A stretch of 64,000 nucleotides of DNA from Callorhinchus milii (GCF_018977255.1 NW_024704758.1:5456001-5520000), one strand, 5' to 3'. Shown: positions 14,380-26,004, counted from the stretch's first letter. Notes: generated by a model from the letters alone, not told the origin. Translations and numbers: made by a program.

Positions 14380-14442
14380 CAACCAGAGATGCTAAAGCGG
14401 ATGGTGGTCTACAATTCATCATTTCGATCTAGAGGAAAGCAT
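14380..14442 (+). CDS. USH1C: USH1C harmonin-b short exon, 63 nt, phase 0-0 (absent from ORF track)
   Basis: ccttcacag|CAA...CAT|gtaaat. Encodes QPEMLKRMVVYNSSFRSRGKH (human PQEMLKRMVVYQTAFRQ). The donor is weak, so the 3' boundary is less certain. Confidence 0.82.
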
Positions 14443-15868
14443 GTAAATAACCAGCAATGCATATCGCCACTGCTTTGATTCTTTCCGTGTTCCATCTGGC
14501 TCCGTCCGCCTTGCACAGAGCTGTTTTTTGCATCCGTGTTCTCAGTTCCTAACCATTGCCGTTGCTGAGGCTGAAGTGGCTGATTGTGTATTACTCTGGT
14601 CGGCTTTACTGGGCTTGGCTGTGTGTTTAGTGTGTGTGTGTGTTCAGTGCTGGCATACGCCTCATTGCAGATCCTGACGTCAATTGCATTTTGAGTAGCA
14701 GGAGTAGACCATCTAGTTGGCCGTCCAACTTTCTGAAAGATTCCTTCGACCCAAGCATCTCATCATCTAATCAATTATATTGTTGAGCTTTCCACTCTTG
14801 CCTTGATCTGAATCAATACCTTCTGGTGTTTCACAAGCACCTGTGTCCTTTCAAATTCCAGCAACTCTTTCCTTGATCCTAAAATAGTCATTTGTTCCAC
14901 ATGCCTATTTCCTAACTCTTCCTAATCCAGCACCACTAGTGTGTTGAGATGTTGTGATGATGGTTGTACATGCCTAAGATATATATCACTTGCTTGAAGT
15001 GCGAGTTGAATTCCATGTAACTCGTGTAACAGCCTTGTTCAATTGGTTACACACAAAACCTCTGAGTCACAAGATTATGGGTTCAAGCCCCAGTCAGGAC
15101 TTGGAGCTCATAGTCCAGTTTGACACTGCAAAGCAGTGCTGGGGTAGGCTGTATGGTCTGAGGTGACTTCCTTCAATTTAGAGGTCCTGTCTGACTGTTT
15201 AAGTGGATGTTAAAGATCCCATGGCACTATTTGAAGAGAAGCAAGATTCTCCTTGTGTCCTGGCCAACGCTATCATAGATATAATTGATTATTCACTCCA
15301 TGAATGTTTGTGGACGACCCTGTGTGCAAATTGGCTGTCCTGTTTGCCTACAAAATGCAATCGCTTTACAGTGAATCCTGTGAAACACTTGGAGACATTT
15401 CAAATGCAGTAAATGCAATAACAAATGAAAGAAATATTATTATAACACTGGAGAAGATCGATTTAGATTAACTATAGCGGAAAGGCCAACAACTTGTTAT
15501 GAACATTTTATTAACCTCAACTTTTCGGAGGTGAAATAATCCTTGGAGACATATTATGAGCAGCAGTTATCGTCCCCATTACAGTAGTGGGATCCATTCT
15601 CCTTCCATGTCTGATATGCTGAGGTGAAATTGTGAAGTAGAAGAGTAGGGGAATATGTATTTTATTTTGCAAATGCAAGACTGAATAAGGGTATTCCTCC
15701 CTTAATTTGTTTTATCAAATCAAATGTGAGGAGATTTCAAAAGAATTGCAAGACTCTAGCAATTTTTCATGAGCTACAGTGAATGTGAAATGACCTTAAA
15801 TGATCAGTGATCCCTGTGGAGAGTATGAATGCATCATTTTGTTTGAATTCAAATTCATTTAAACTTGA

Positions 15869-16090
15869 GGACTGAAATCCAACTTAGTCTTAGCCTGTAT
15901 GACCATTTAAATTGCAGACTTGCGGATAATTCTTAAAACCAGTCCCAATTTAGAAGCTGGTTTTCTGCAGTTCTTAAAAAGCAAACCAGTTTCCAAACCA
16001 GACTGAATTTGAGTGTTCCACAATTCTGACCAACTTAAATTCTAAGGCAAAAAGATTTCACAAGCTAAGACTTAAATGTAATTTCAGGCT
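15869..16090. mobile_element. Non-autonomous DNA transposon (MITE-like) with imperfect ~25-bp TIRs; related copies at 3227-3422 and 17561-17825
   Basis: 5' end CTGAAATCCAACTTAGTCTTAGC versus reverse complement of the 3' end CCTGAAATTACATTTAAGTCTTAGC. Shares an internal AGACTGAATTT...CAATTCTG...TTAAATT segment with the 3227 copy. Confidence 0.65.
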
Positions 16091-16885
16091 TTTAGTCAGA
16101 TAAACCAATTGCTCTATGTGGACATGAGCTAAGTTGCTCGCTTAACTCCTATTCACTGAGACAATTGAGACATTAAACTGGTCATGTCTCCAGTTGTGAA
16201 AGGCTATGATTCTTGTTTTCCCGCACGTCTGGTTTTGGTTGACAGGTGGAATCTCGGTTGATGAAGAGCAGCGCACTGGAGGATATGGGCAAGTTCATCC
16301 TTTCTTTACCAATTAAAACAGCTACAAGCCTTCAGTTGGAGGGTGCGCCATAGTCCTAGTTCCAGAACTGCTCACAGACTCAACGTTAAAGACTACTGTC
16401 TTTTTGGTTAAGATGATGCAGAATTCTTCAATTTGGTCTCAATTTGGATATCGGTTTTCCACAGTTCTTTCAAGATCTTCCAAATCAGGATTGAATTTTA
16501 AACTTCTCCAAACTTCTGCACGGCCTTAAACAAATGGCCTTAAGTTGGTGACTATGGTGAATTCGGGGCCTCTGGTTTCAGATCTTATTAAGATCTCTGG
16601 TGCACTTTCCCTTGTCTGAATTGTGTTTGGTAGAAGCCGATTTGTATAATAACCCTCGGGGATATTCAATGTAACTAAACTTACTGGGTTTTGTACTTAA
16701 TAAGTGACAATAAATCCTTTGCTGTAGTATTGATAGTGCCCATTATTCCGCCAATGCTAAAAGACAAAAAGCTTGCTTTTCATTACTTATGGATTCAAGT
16801 GCAACTCTCGATACTGTGTTAACACAGACAATGATTAATGGGGAAGGAGCTGATCTCATTTTGAGTGCTTGCATGTGCAGCAAAT

Positions 16886-16950
16886 GCAATTAATACAAGG
16901 CAAATAATGTTTTTTAAGAAGCAATTAATACAAGGCAAATAATGTTTTTT
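16886..16950. repeat. 35-bp-period tandem duplication
   Basis: GCAATTAATACAAGGCAAATAATGTTTTTT occurs at 16886 and 16921. Confidence 0.9.
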
Positions 16951-17108
16951 TGGTGTTTTTTAATTGCACCAAAGTTAGTGAACTCACCGGCGATCAGACC
17001 ATGTTACACCTTGATTTGTTATTGCACCAAACTGCTTCTACTATGTCCGAATTGGGGCCTTTAAATGGTCCAATGTAAAATTTAACCTGATTTGGTTCCT
17101 TGTTGCAG

Positions 17109-17150
17109 GGCTTCCAGAAATATGTGGAGGATTTTGATCCTTATTCCATG
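17109..17150 (+). CDS. USH1C: USH1C exon, 42 nt, phase 0-0
   Basis: ttgttgcag|GGC...ATG|gtgagt. Encodes GFQKYVEDFDPYSM (human DFRKYEEGFDPYSM). Confidence 0.92.
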
Positions 17151-18025
17151 GTGAGTAATGCATAAAATAACAAGGCACGGAGAAGTTATCTCCCGCGCAA
17201 TATGACAAGGGGGTGAGAGACGACTCCTATAAATAAGCTGCATAAGCTGTTTATGCAGTTCTTTCCAACTGAGTATCATGTTTGTATTATAATTACAGGT
17301 TTAACCTTCTGTGCTCAGTGGAGCAGGTAATATCTGTTATTACAGTGTCTGTTTCTTTATTGATCCATTCTTTGAACTGTCTCTGTGCACCAACTCATTG
17401 CGCCAATTTTAACTGCACAACAAACACTTTGTTTATTCCTTTCTATTCCCCATTTATCTCACACACTGTCACGGGCACTGGTAGCTCTCAACATAAGTAC
17501 TGAAAATTTTCTATCTACCTCATCCCAAGGTTATTTTCACGTGTGAGAGCAGACACTAAAGGCATGAAATTTCACCCAGTCTTAGTCTGCGATTTTGTGT
17601 GAAATATAAGATATTCAGAATTGTGGTAAACCCTTTCGGTCTCAGTTCTACCAAATGAAAAGATTATCATTATTATTAATAATTTAGATACCAATTCATT
17701 TTGCAAATTGTGAAAAAAAACACTTCTGAATTCAAATTGAATGGAGGATTTTCTGCAGTTCTTTGTTTTATATTTGAAAGCAAAAATGTTTGCACTGGCT
17801 GACATAAGGTGGAATTCCATGCCCTTGGGATTATTGTATCATTGAACCATGGAGTGCACCTGAGCCAATGCCAGTTCTCTCCCGAACCTGGAGTGGATAC
17901 ACTGAAGAGGAACAAAATGAGAATTATGGCTGATCATGTTCCCTTTTGGTTAGGATTGGGGAGTGGGAGGTGATTCAGAGCAGGTTGAATGGATTGTGCA
18001 ATGTGGAGGAAATAAACATGGCTTA

Positions 18026-19440
18026 AAAATAATAATAATAATAATCCTTGCTTTTCACGGAACACACTGTAAAGTGAATTGACTGTATATTTGTGGGCAA
18101 ACGCGGCAGCCAATTGCGCACAGCAATGTCCCACAAACAGTCGTAGATTGAAAATGACCAATTTATTATTGTTTTGGGTTTTGAAGGGATTATTATTAGG
18201 CTCTGTGTGGAGTAAGGAAACTTGCCCAAGGTTTCGCCCTCTGCCTGGAATTGAACTCAGGGCTCTGTCCTCGGTCCCCTCCTCTTCACCCTCTATATGC
18301 TCCCCCTCGGTGACATCATCCGCAAACATGGGGTTAACTTCCACATGTATGCGGATGACACCCAACTCTACCTTTCCTCCTCTACTCTCAACTCCACGAC
18401 CACCGATGTCCTGACAGCTGCCTGTCCGACATCGAGTCCTGGACGAGAGACAACTTTCTTCAGCTCAACGTGCGAAAAACCGAGGCCCTCCTGATTGGCT
18501 CACGTCAGCGCCTCCGCACCTCAGGCGCTGACACCATCAGCATCCAAGGCTGCACTCTCCACCTCTCAAAGCCAGTCAGGAACCTCGGCGTTTTGTTCGA
18601 CCCTGAGCTGTCCTTTCTCCCTCACATCCGCACCACAACTGGCACCGCCTTCCATCACCTCCGGAATATCGCCAGATTACGGCACTACCTCACCCCTCAC
18701 GCTGCTGAAACCCTGGTTCACGCCTTTGTCACCTCAAGGCTGGACTATGGGAACTCTCTCCTCGCCGGCCTTCCCGGCACCTCCCTCCACAAGCTGCAGG
18801 TCATTCAGAACTCTGCAGCTCGTGTACTGTCCCGCACCAGGCTTCGGGACCACATCACTCCTACCCTCGCTCGCCTCCACTGGCTCCCCATCCCCCAGAG
18901 GATTGATTTCAAGATCCTCATCCTCACCTACAAGGCCATTCACGGCCTTGCTCCCTCCTACCTCTCCAACCTACTATCCCCCTACCTACCTGCCCGTACC
19001 CTCCGTTCCTCTGGCTCCGGTCTGCTCCACGTCCCCCGCCCCAACCGCCCTACTATCGGTGGTCGGGCCTTCAGCCTCTCAGCCCCGCGGCTCTGGAACT
19101 CCATCCCCCAGTGCCTTCGCCTTGCTTCCTCCCTTTCCTCCTTCAAGGCCGGTCTCAAAACCTTTCTCTTTGACCGTGCCTTCAGCTCCCCTCTCGACTC
19201 TCTTCCTCCTCCTCGCTCCCTCCCTTCCCTCCCCTCACCCTGACCATTTCCCCCTCCTCTCTCCCTCCCTTCCCTCCCCTCACCCTGACCATTTCCCCCT
19301 GCTCGGGTCATGACCCAACTGTGCAGCGCCTTGGGACGTCCTCCTGACGTGAAAGGCGCTCTATAAATGGAATGTTGTTGTTGTTGTTGTTGTTGTTGCT
19401 TGCAAAGCGAGTGCTGTAACCACTGAGCTACAGTACTCCA
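18026..19440 (-). mobile_element. Young tRNA-derived SINE split by the L2 (segments 18026-18261 and 19398-19440)
   Basis: Reverse complement matches the SINE at 61707-62033. The tRNA head continues after the LINE tail (gcttgcaaagcgagtgctgtaaccactgagctacag). Confidence 0.9.
18258..19398 (+). mobile_element. 5'-truncated L2-clade LINE (RT C-terminal part, 3'UTR, (TTG)n tail) inserted into a SINE
   Basis: Encodes QGSVLGP...[10 protein letters not shown]...LHWLP...FKILILTYKA...AFS...LWN. One frameshift near 18417, ORF 18470-19243, a 45-bp duplication in the 3'UTR, stem-loop at 19326-19359, then TTG repeats. Confidence 0.92.
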
Positions 19441-19516
19441 CAAAACGCTGCAGAAAATGGTTCAGACGCAAATCTATTCTTCATCTAGATAATGACCAAA
19501 AACAAATTCTGGTCAG

Positions 19517-20248
19517 AAACAACAAAACAAAATTACATTTGCATAGCGCCTTTCACATCAGGAGGACGTCCCAAGGCACTGGAGAGACAAAGTTACAGAC
19601 CCGAGCTGAAGGTCGGGGTGGGGGAGGGTGGAGGGCAGGGGACGGAGCAGGGAGAATGAAAGCACGGTCGAAGAGGAGGGTCTTGAGGTGGGTCTTGAAT
19701 ATGGCGAGGGAGGGGGCGAGACAGAGGGACTGCAGGATAGAGTTGCAGAGGGTGGGTGCAGAGTGGCAGAAGGCCCGCTCACTGATAGTGAGGCGAGCAA
19801 GGTGGGGGACGTGAAGCAGGCCGGAGACCGTGGAGCGGAGGAAACCAACAGGGTGGTAGGAAGTTAGGAGGTTGGAGAGGTAGGGGGGAGCAAGTCCATG
19901 GAGGGCTTTGAAGGTGAGGACCAGAATTTTGAACTGTAGCCTCTGTGTGATGGGAAGCCAGTGGAGTTGGGCAAGGATGGGGGAGGTAGGGATGTGGAGC
20001 CTAGTGTGAGGGAGGATATGGGCTGCAGAGTTCTGGATGATCTGGAGTCTGTGGAGGGAGGTGTTGGGGCAGCCAACAAGTAGTGAGTTTGCATAGTCGA
20101 GCCATGATATAATGAAGGCATGTATGAGGTTTTCGACGGCCTGCGATGTGAGACAGTGTCGGAGCCGAGCAATGTTGAGGAGGTGGAGGAAGGTAGAGCG
20201 GGTCATGGTGCAGATGTGGGGTAGAAAGAATAGTTGAGGGTCAAACAA
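19517..20248 (-). mobile_element. L2 LINE 3' fragment, minus strand
   Basis: The ORF at 19553-20248 (-) is homologous to the L2 ORF2 C-terminus (LHWLPITQRLQFKILVLTFKALHGLAPPYL) and carries the same stem-loop tail. Confidence 0.9.
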
Positions 20249-20559
20249 TTGTGGGTTTTGTTTGCTCTCCTAACCCTCTGTTAAATGTCAATCCCATTAT
20301 TTTCTGTAATGTCCTCTTAAGTGCCAACTGAGTTCAGTATGGGTAAAGTGTCACATTTGAATGTAAGTAAACGTGCTTCGTAGGGCTTTCTCCTTCCTCA
20401 CTTAGGCATTCATTACCCTTGCTGATGCCTGTCTGTCACCCTTCTTGATGCCTGACTCAAGGTCAAATTACACATAGGTTAAAAGCAAGGTCCAAATGTT
20501 TCCGCACAAATCTATTCTGCAGTCATTAAAAGCAGGTGGAAGTGGAAAAAACCTTCCCT

Positions 20560-22090
20560 GGTTCCATCCATGCTTTCTAACTACCAGCCCATCTCCAACC
20601 TCCCTTTTTGTTCCAAGGTCCTTAAAAGAGTTGTTGCTTCCCAGCTTCAATCATTCCTCTCCTACCGTTCCCTTCACAAGCCCCTCCAATCGGGTTTCTG
20701 TGCTGCTTACAGCACGGAAACTGCTCTGGTCAAGGTGTCGAACAACATCCTGTCCAGCTGTGACCCAGGCTCCTTCTGCCTCCTGGTCCTCCTCAATCTC
20801 TCTGTTGCCTTCAATGCCTTGAGGAGTCCTGTAGCTCTGTGGTTAGAGCACTCACTTTGCAAGTGAGAGACCTGGGTTCAATTCCAGGCAGGGCGAAACC
20901 TTGGGCAACTTTCCTTACTCTACATGCCTAATAATAATCCCTCCAAAACCCAAAACAATAATAAATTGGTCATTTTCAATCCACGACTGTTTGTGGGACA
21001 TTGCTGTGCGCAATTGGCTGCCGCGTTCGCCCACAAATATACAGTCAATTCACTTTACAGTGTGTTCTGTGAAGCACTTTGGGACGTCCTCCCGACGTGA
21101 AAAGCGCTATATCAAATGCAAGGATTATTATTATTATTAATACCGTGGACCACTCCATCCTCCTCCACTGCCTCTCCTCTCACCTCAACCTTCAAGGTTC
21201 TGTTCAGGTCTTATCTCTCACACCATCTCCAATTTGTCTCCACCAACGGTTTCTCTTCCAGCCCCCGCACAGTCTCGTGTTCCCCAGGGCTCTGTCCTCG
21301 GTCCCCTCCTCTTCAATCTTTACATGCTCCCACTTGGTAACATCATCTGCAGACATGGGGTCAACTTCCACATGTATACAGATGACACCCAACTGTATCT
21401 CTCTGCCTCCACTCTCGATTCCAGTACAACTGACATCCTGACAGACTGTCAGGCATCAAGTCCTAGATGAGAGCCAACTTTCTACAGCTGAATGTCAGCA
21501 AGACTGAGGCCCTCCTGATTGGCTCACACCAGTGCCTCCGCACCTCAGGCCTTGGCAGTATCAGCATCCACAGATGCACACTCCACCTCACCAACTCTGC
21601 AGCTCATGATCTCTCCTGCACCAGGCTCTGTGACCCCATCACACCCACCCTTGTCCCCTGGCTCCCCATCCCTCAGAGGATAGAATTCAAAATCCTCATC
21701 CTCACCTTTAAGGCCCTCCATGGCCCTACCCCACCCCACATCTCTGACCCCTATCATCCTGACTGGTCCCTCTGCTCAGCAGGCTCCAGCCTGCTCCATG
21801 TCTCCCGCCCAACCTGCCCTACCATTGGTGGCTGGGCTTTCAGCCTCTCTGCTCCTACCCTTGGTAATCCATCCCACAGTCCCTTCGCCTTGCTCTCTCC
21901 CTTACCTCAATCAAGGCACAAGTTAAGACCCTCCTTTTCGACCGTGCCTTCAGCCACCTTCCTACCTCTCTGCCTTCGCTCAATCCAAACCTGTCCCCCC
22001 TACGCTCGGTCCTGATCCCCGACTGTTCAGCACCTTGGGACGTAAACCCAACGTGAAAGGCACTTTACAAATGTAATTTTGTTGCTGTGA
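20560..22090 (+). mobile_element. Degenerate L2 LINE RT fragment interrupted by a SINE
   Basis: NYQPISNLPFCSKVLKRVV...QSGF...STETALVKV...LLNLSVAFN|TVDHSILL...[11 protein letters not shown]...[10 protein letters not shown], with frameshifts and deletions. L2 tail at 22030-22085. Confidence 0.88.
20823..21138 (+). mobile_element. Young tRNA-derived SINE, full length, inserted in the L2 RT
   Basis: A box, B box (gttcaattcc), Deu-like core, L2-like tail and (TTA)n. Nearly identical to 61707-62033. Confidence 0.92.
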
Positions 22091-22658
22091 AGCAAAATAA
22101 TCTGTCCCACCCTGTCAACATTAGCAAAGAAATTAATCTTTGCACTGTGAAGCTAATTCCTCAGATTGCAAACTCGCATCTCATCCAGTGTCATTCAGTA
22201 ATTAACACTTGATCCAAACCGTTGCTCACAGCATAGTTTACTTCCAGATGAACAGGGCCATTTAAGCTTGACATTTACTGCTGATTTGCTATAATTTCCT
22301 TTCTGCTAAAAGTGTGAAGGCAAGATACGGTTTAGGGGCATTGATGGTTCCAGAGCTCTGGAATCTAATTGATGCCTTGAGTGGGGTTGGGGAATGGAAG
22401 ATTAGAGGTTCTTAGTGTAAAAAGAGTGAGCTTAATTCTTTTCAGAACTAGTCTTGTGGCTGGCTCCTTTAATAACATTATACTAAGGTAACCAGTGTGC
22501 GAGGCCATTCAGCAGAGGGTTACACATGTCCAGAGTTCCCAACCAATTGGACTTCACAGCGGGAAATACTTATTAATTATTATGATAAATTATGTATGCT
22601 GAGTACTGACATTGCGGCTTGATGGATGATATTAATGTAAATTATAATTTCCTTCCAG

Positions 22659-22712
22659 TTCACCTCAGACCAGATTGCTGGAAGAGATGTACGCCTCTTG
22701 AGAATTAAAAAG
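22659..22712 (+). CDS. USH1C: USH1C exon, start of PDZ3, 54 nt
   Basis: ccttccag|TTC...AAG|gtgata. Encodes FTSDQIAGRDVRLLRIKK (human FTPEQIMGKDVRLLRIKK). Confidence 0.93.
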
Positions 22713-23533
22713 GTGATAAGAATGACTGTACTGTTAACCCTTGCAGCCATACTAGTGGATAGAGTGGTCCTAGCAGTGCAAAGCTTGCTGGTCAATGTTC
22801 GCAATAGCAAACTGCATGGCTTTAGCTGATTAAAACTCCAGCGGTTATCCCAACACACACTCTAAGATCCCAGACTTTGGCTCTTGCCAACTTTGAAACT
22901 GGTTTGTTCATTTTCCAAAGTTTACATTCGTTGTACAACATGGAAACAAGGCATTAAGTGTTTATGCTCCGTATAAATCTAAAAACTACAGCTGAACCCC
23001 AGCTGTACAGTTGAATGATGATCTGAATTGAGAAAAAAATCAATGAGTAAATTTAAGCTTCTCATGAACACCTGGATCAGAGCTATTATTGAGCAAATAA
23101 CTGTATTTTATGTCTATGGAAGATTAACTTCAGAAGTTTAGTTGAATCCATACTAAGAGCATACTTTTGCAGTTTGTCCAAGTTACTAGTCTTGTCTATT
23201 AAAGCGAGGTAAAACTTTTTGAGACTGATTCTTCAAGGTTTTGAAATAATTGCTAAAGCACTTTAGGTGTTGAATTTAATGACACTTTCAGTCACAAGCA
23301 ATGGTTGGCTGAGTGAACCCTTGAGAGCTGGTCTAAGATGTTACTTTGGTTTGTAATCATCCCACTTCTTGTCAGGCTCTGCTTTCTGGCAGCAGGTGTT
23401 AAAGTAAGTTAGTTATCCTGGGATAACATCATGTTGATGCTATCCCATGTGAAGGGAGCTATTTTAATGCAAGTTGTTGTAGTTCAGTGGCAATTGATCT
23501 CCAGACTGACCCGATCATGTTCCTCTTACACAG

Positions 23534-23633
23534 GAGGGCCCGCTGGACCTCGCAGTGGAAGGAGGTGTTCAGTCTCCAATTGGGAAGGTGGTGGTGTCTG
23601 GGATCTACGAAGGTGGTGCAGCAGACAAGCATG
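23534..23633 (+). CDS. USH1C: USH1C exon, PDZ3, 100 nt, phase 0-1
   Basis: ttacacag|GAG...CATG|gtgagg. Encodes [33 protein letters not shown](G) (human [34 protein letters not shown]). Confidence 0.95.
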
Positions 23634-26004
23634 GTGAGGTTCCTTTCCCATGCACTGAAAACACTCTCCAGCGTGCCCAGTCGGTGCATAAAACCTTGAC
23701 ATCCACTTTAAGGATCATTTCACATTGCTAGCAGAAGGGAGCAGCAGGTAGCACTGAGCGCCAAGGGGGAAATGCCATTCAGGAACTCTATAAATGCAGT
23801 GTAAATAATCCTTTCAGTCCAAGGGGTGGAGAGGTAGAGGTGTGAACCAAAGCTCACTCTTTAACATTGTGTTTCATGATTGTGCAGTCTGTGTGTCGCT
23901 CCTTTTCGCAGGGATTAAATCAGGTTAGTGTTGCAGATGGTGTGAGAGTAGTGATGGAAGTCTCTGCATTGCGGGCCTTTCGATTAATTCTTGCAACCCC
24001 TACCATTGCTCCCGATAGATGATCGAGGCAACATTGACTGAATAACATGCACACATTGTAACAAACCGTGAGGCAGGCAACATTCAAACTTTAGTTCCTG
24101 GATCGATTCAAATTTTAACTGGACCTAAACCAGATATCATAAAAAGACAGCACAGAAGGGAACAGAGGACGTGCAACATGTCCAAGTTAGCCGAGCGGAG
24201 CAGTGGGGTAGGAGAAGATTGGGAGGTAAGGAGGTACAGGATGTAGAGGGTGAGTGTGAGTGTGAATGTGAGTGTGAGGACCTTGAAATATATCTGCAGG
24301 GAGCCAGTGGAGTGTGATAATGCAGGTGGTGGAGCTTATATGACTTGGGACTTATAAATGGTGGAGGGAGGGAGACCCCTGAGGAGTGGGTTAGAAAGTG
24401 GGAAGTAATCAAGTAACGGGAAGTATTCAAGGTGCAAGCAAGTTTCCAAGGAAACCACTCAAGCCCGATCCTTCACGCGCTCAGTTGAGAATTCAACCCA
24501 ATTCCTCCCAATGCCTCCCGCCCCCTCCTCCCACATATACAGGCATTTGTGTACTAAGTACTAAGGGGTAATAGTTTAAAACTCTGGCATTTCTTGGAGC
24601 TGCTTTGGGATTGTTGAGTAATCCAAATCATGGCTTTGAATAGGAAACGTGATCAGATGTCCCGGGTCACGAGAGAGAAAAAAAAAGCATCAGGTGACTA
24701 CTCAGCCCCCGTGAGCGAGGTGATGCCTCAGAGATCATTACCGCTAATGACGCTTTTACTTTTCTGCTTCCTGTTGATTGCAGTGTAACAGCTGAGCGAG
24801 GTCAAGTTACACGTAACCGAATACAGTGTTGTGAGCGTCCAAGAAATGCTCGCATATAAATCAGTGCTATATTTGGTAGGCAGTGTAGTAGTTATTATGA
24901 CTAAATCATTTCTGAGCAGTATATTGAATAAAACTCTAAAGATGCAGCTTACACATCCAAGAGTCCTTGACGCCTCCGCTAAAATATCTTCCTCAGCTGG
25001 TGTTTCGGTTGCTACAATGCTGGTGCGTGGGCTACATGTAGTTGCCGCTTTGCACTGCAGAGCTGTTCTGACATTCTCTATATCAGCCCCAGAGGGCACT
25101 GAGCTTTCGTTCTACTCCCCGAACACACACACACTCCAATTGGACACAGGACATTTTTTTTGCCAGGTTCTCTCTTCAAGGTAACATCCATCTAAGGAGA
25201 GGAGAGTGGTCAGGAATACAGCTGGTGATTTTTTTCCAGTGATCTGGCCAACCATCCCCAAATAAAATTGGTCTTTCACTTCCTGGCTGTTTGTAGGACA
25301 TGGCTGTGAAAATTGGCTCTTCTGCTCACTTACAAATACCCAGTCACTACACTTTACAATAATTTCCTGTGAAATGCTTTTGAGAAGTCTCGACAACACC
25401 AATGTTAAGATGGTATATCAAATGCAAGGATTATTTAAGATCATACGATGCAGATCAGATTATCTTACCGATTTGTGTTGTAAGAGTCTTGATTGCACTA
25501 AGATGATGCACCGACTTGAGGAGCGCAAGAGAACTGAAGTGGAGGGATTGAGAAGCATTGGACTGAATTCTTATTTGAACCATCTAAGGGCTGGGCTTGT
25601 GTGCATGTTGCATCCTTTGTCAGACAAGGTCCTTGCCTTCACCAATAAATCCGTTCACACCCTAGCACCCAGCAGGTCTTGATATATGTCATCTGGTGCC
25701 CTCTTTGCCATTATCGGTGGCCCAGCCTTCAGTCACTATCCCCATCTTCAGCTCACAGGCCTCTGCCTCGACCACTCTCTATCTGTTTTAAATCCGCCTT
25801 AAAAACAATATCTTTGAATTCACCTATAGTCACCTCTTCCCTTCTCCTTTGCTCAGTATCTGACCTCACCTCTTTGAAGTGCTACGTGAAGAGTGCTGTA
25901 TAAATGCAAGCTGGTGTTATCATGCTGTGTTGCTGTGAAATGATCCAAATTCTTTATCGTCTGTAAATAACATATTTATGGCTCTTTCTAACTTTCTTCT
26001 CTAG

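Noticed and set aside
18495-19867. Long Pro/Ser-rich or Gly/Arg-rich ORFs overlapping the L2 copies
   Set aside because: Alternate-frame or antisense readings of C-rich L2 sequence.
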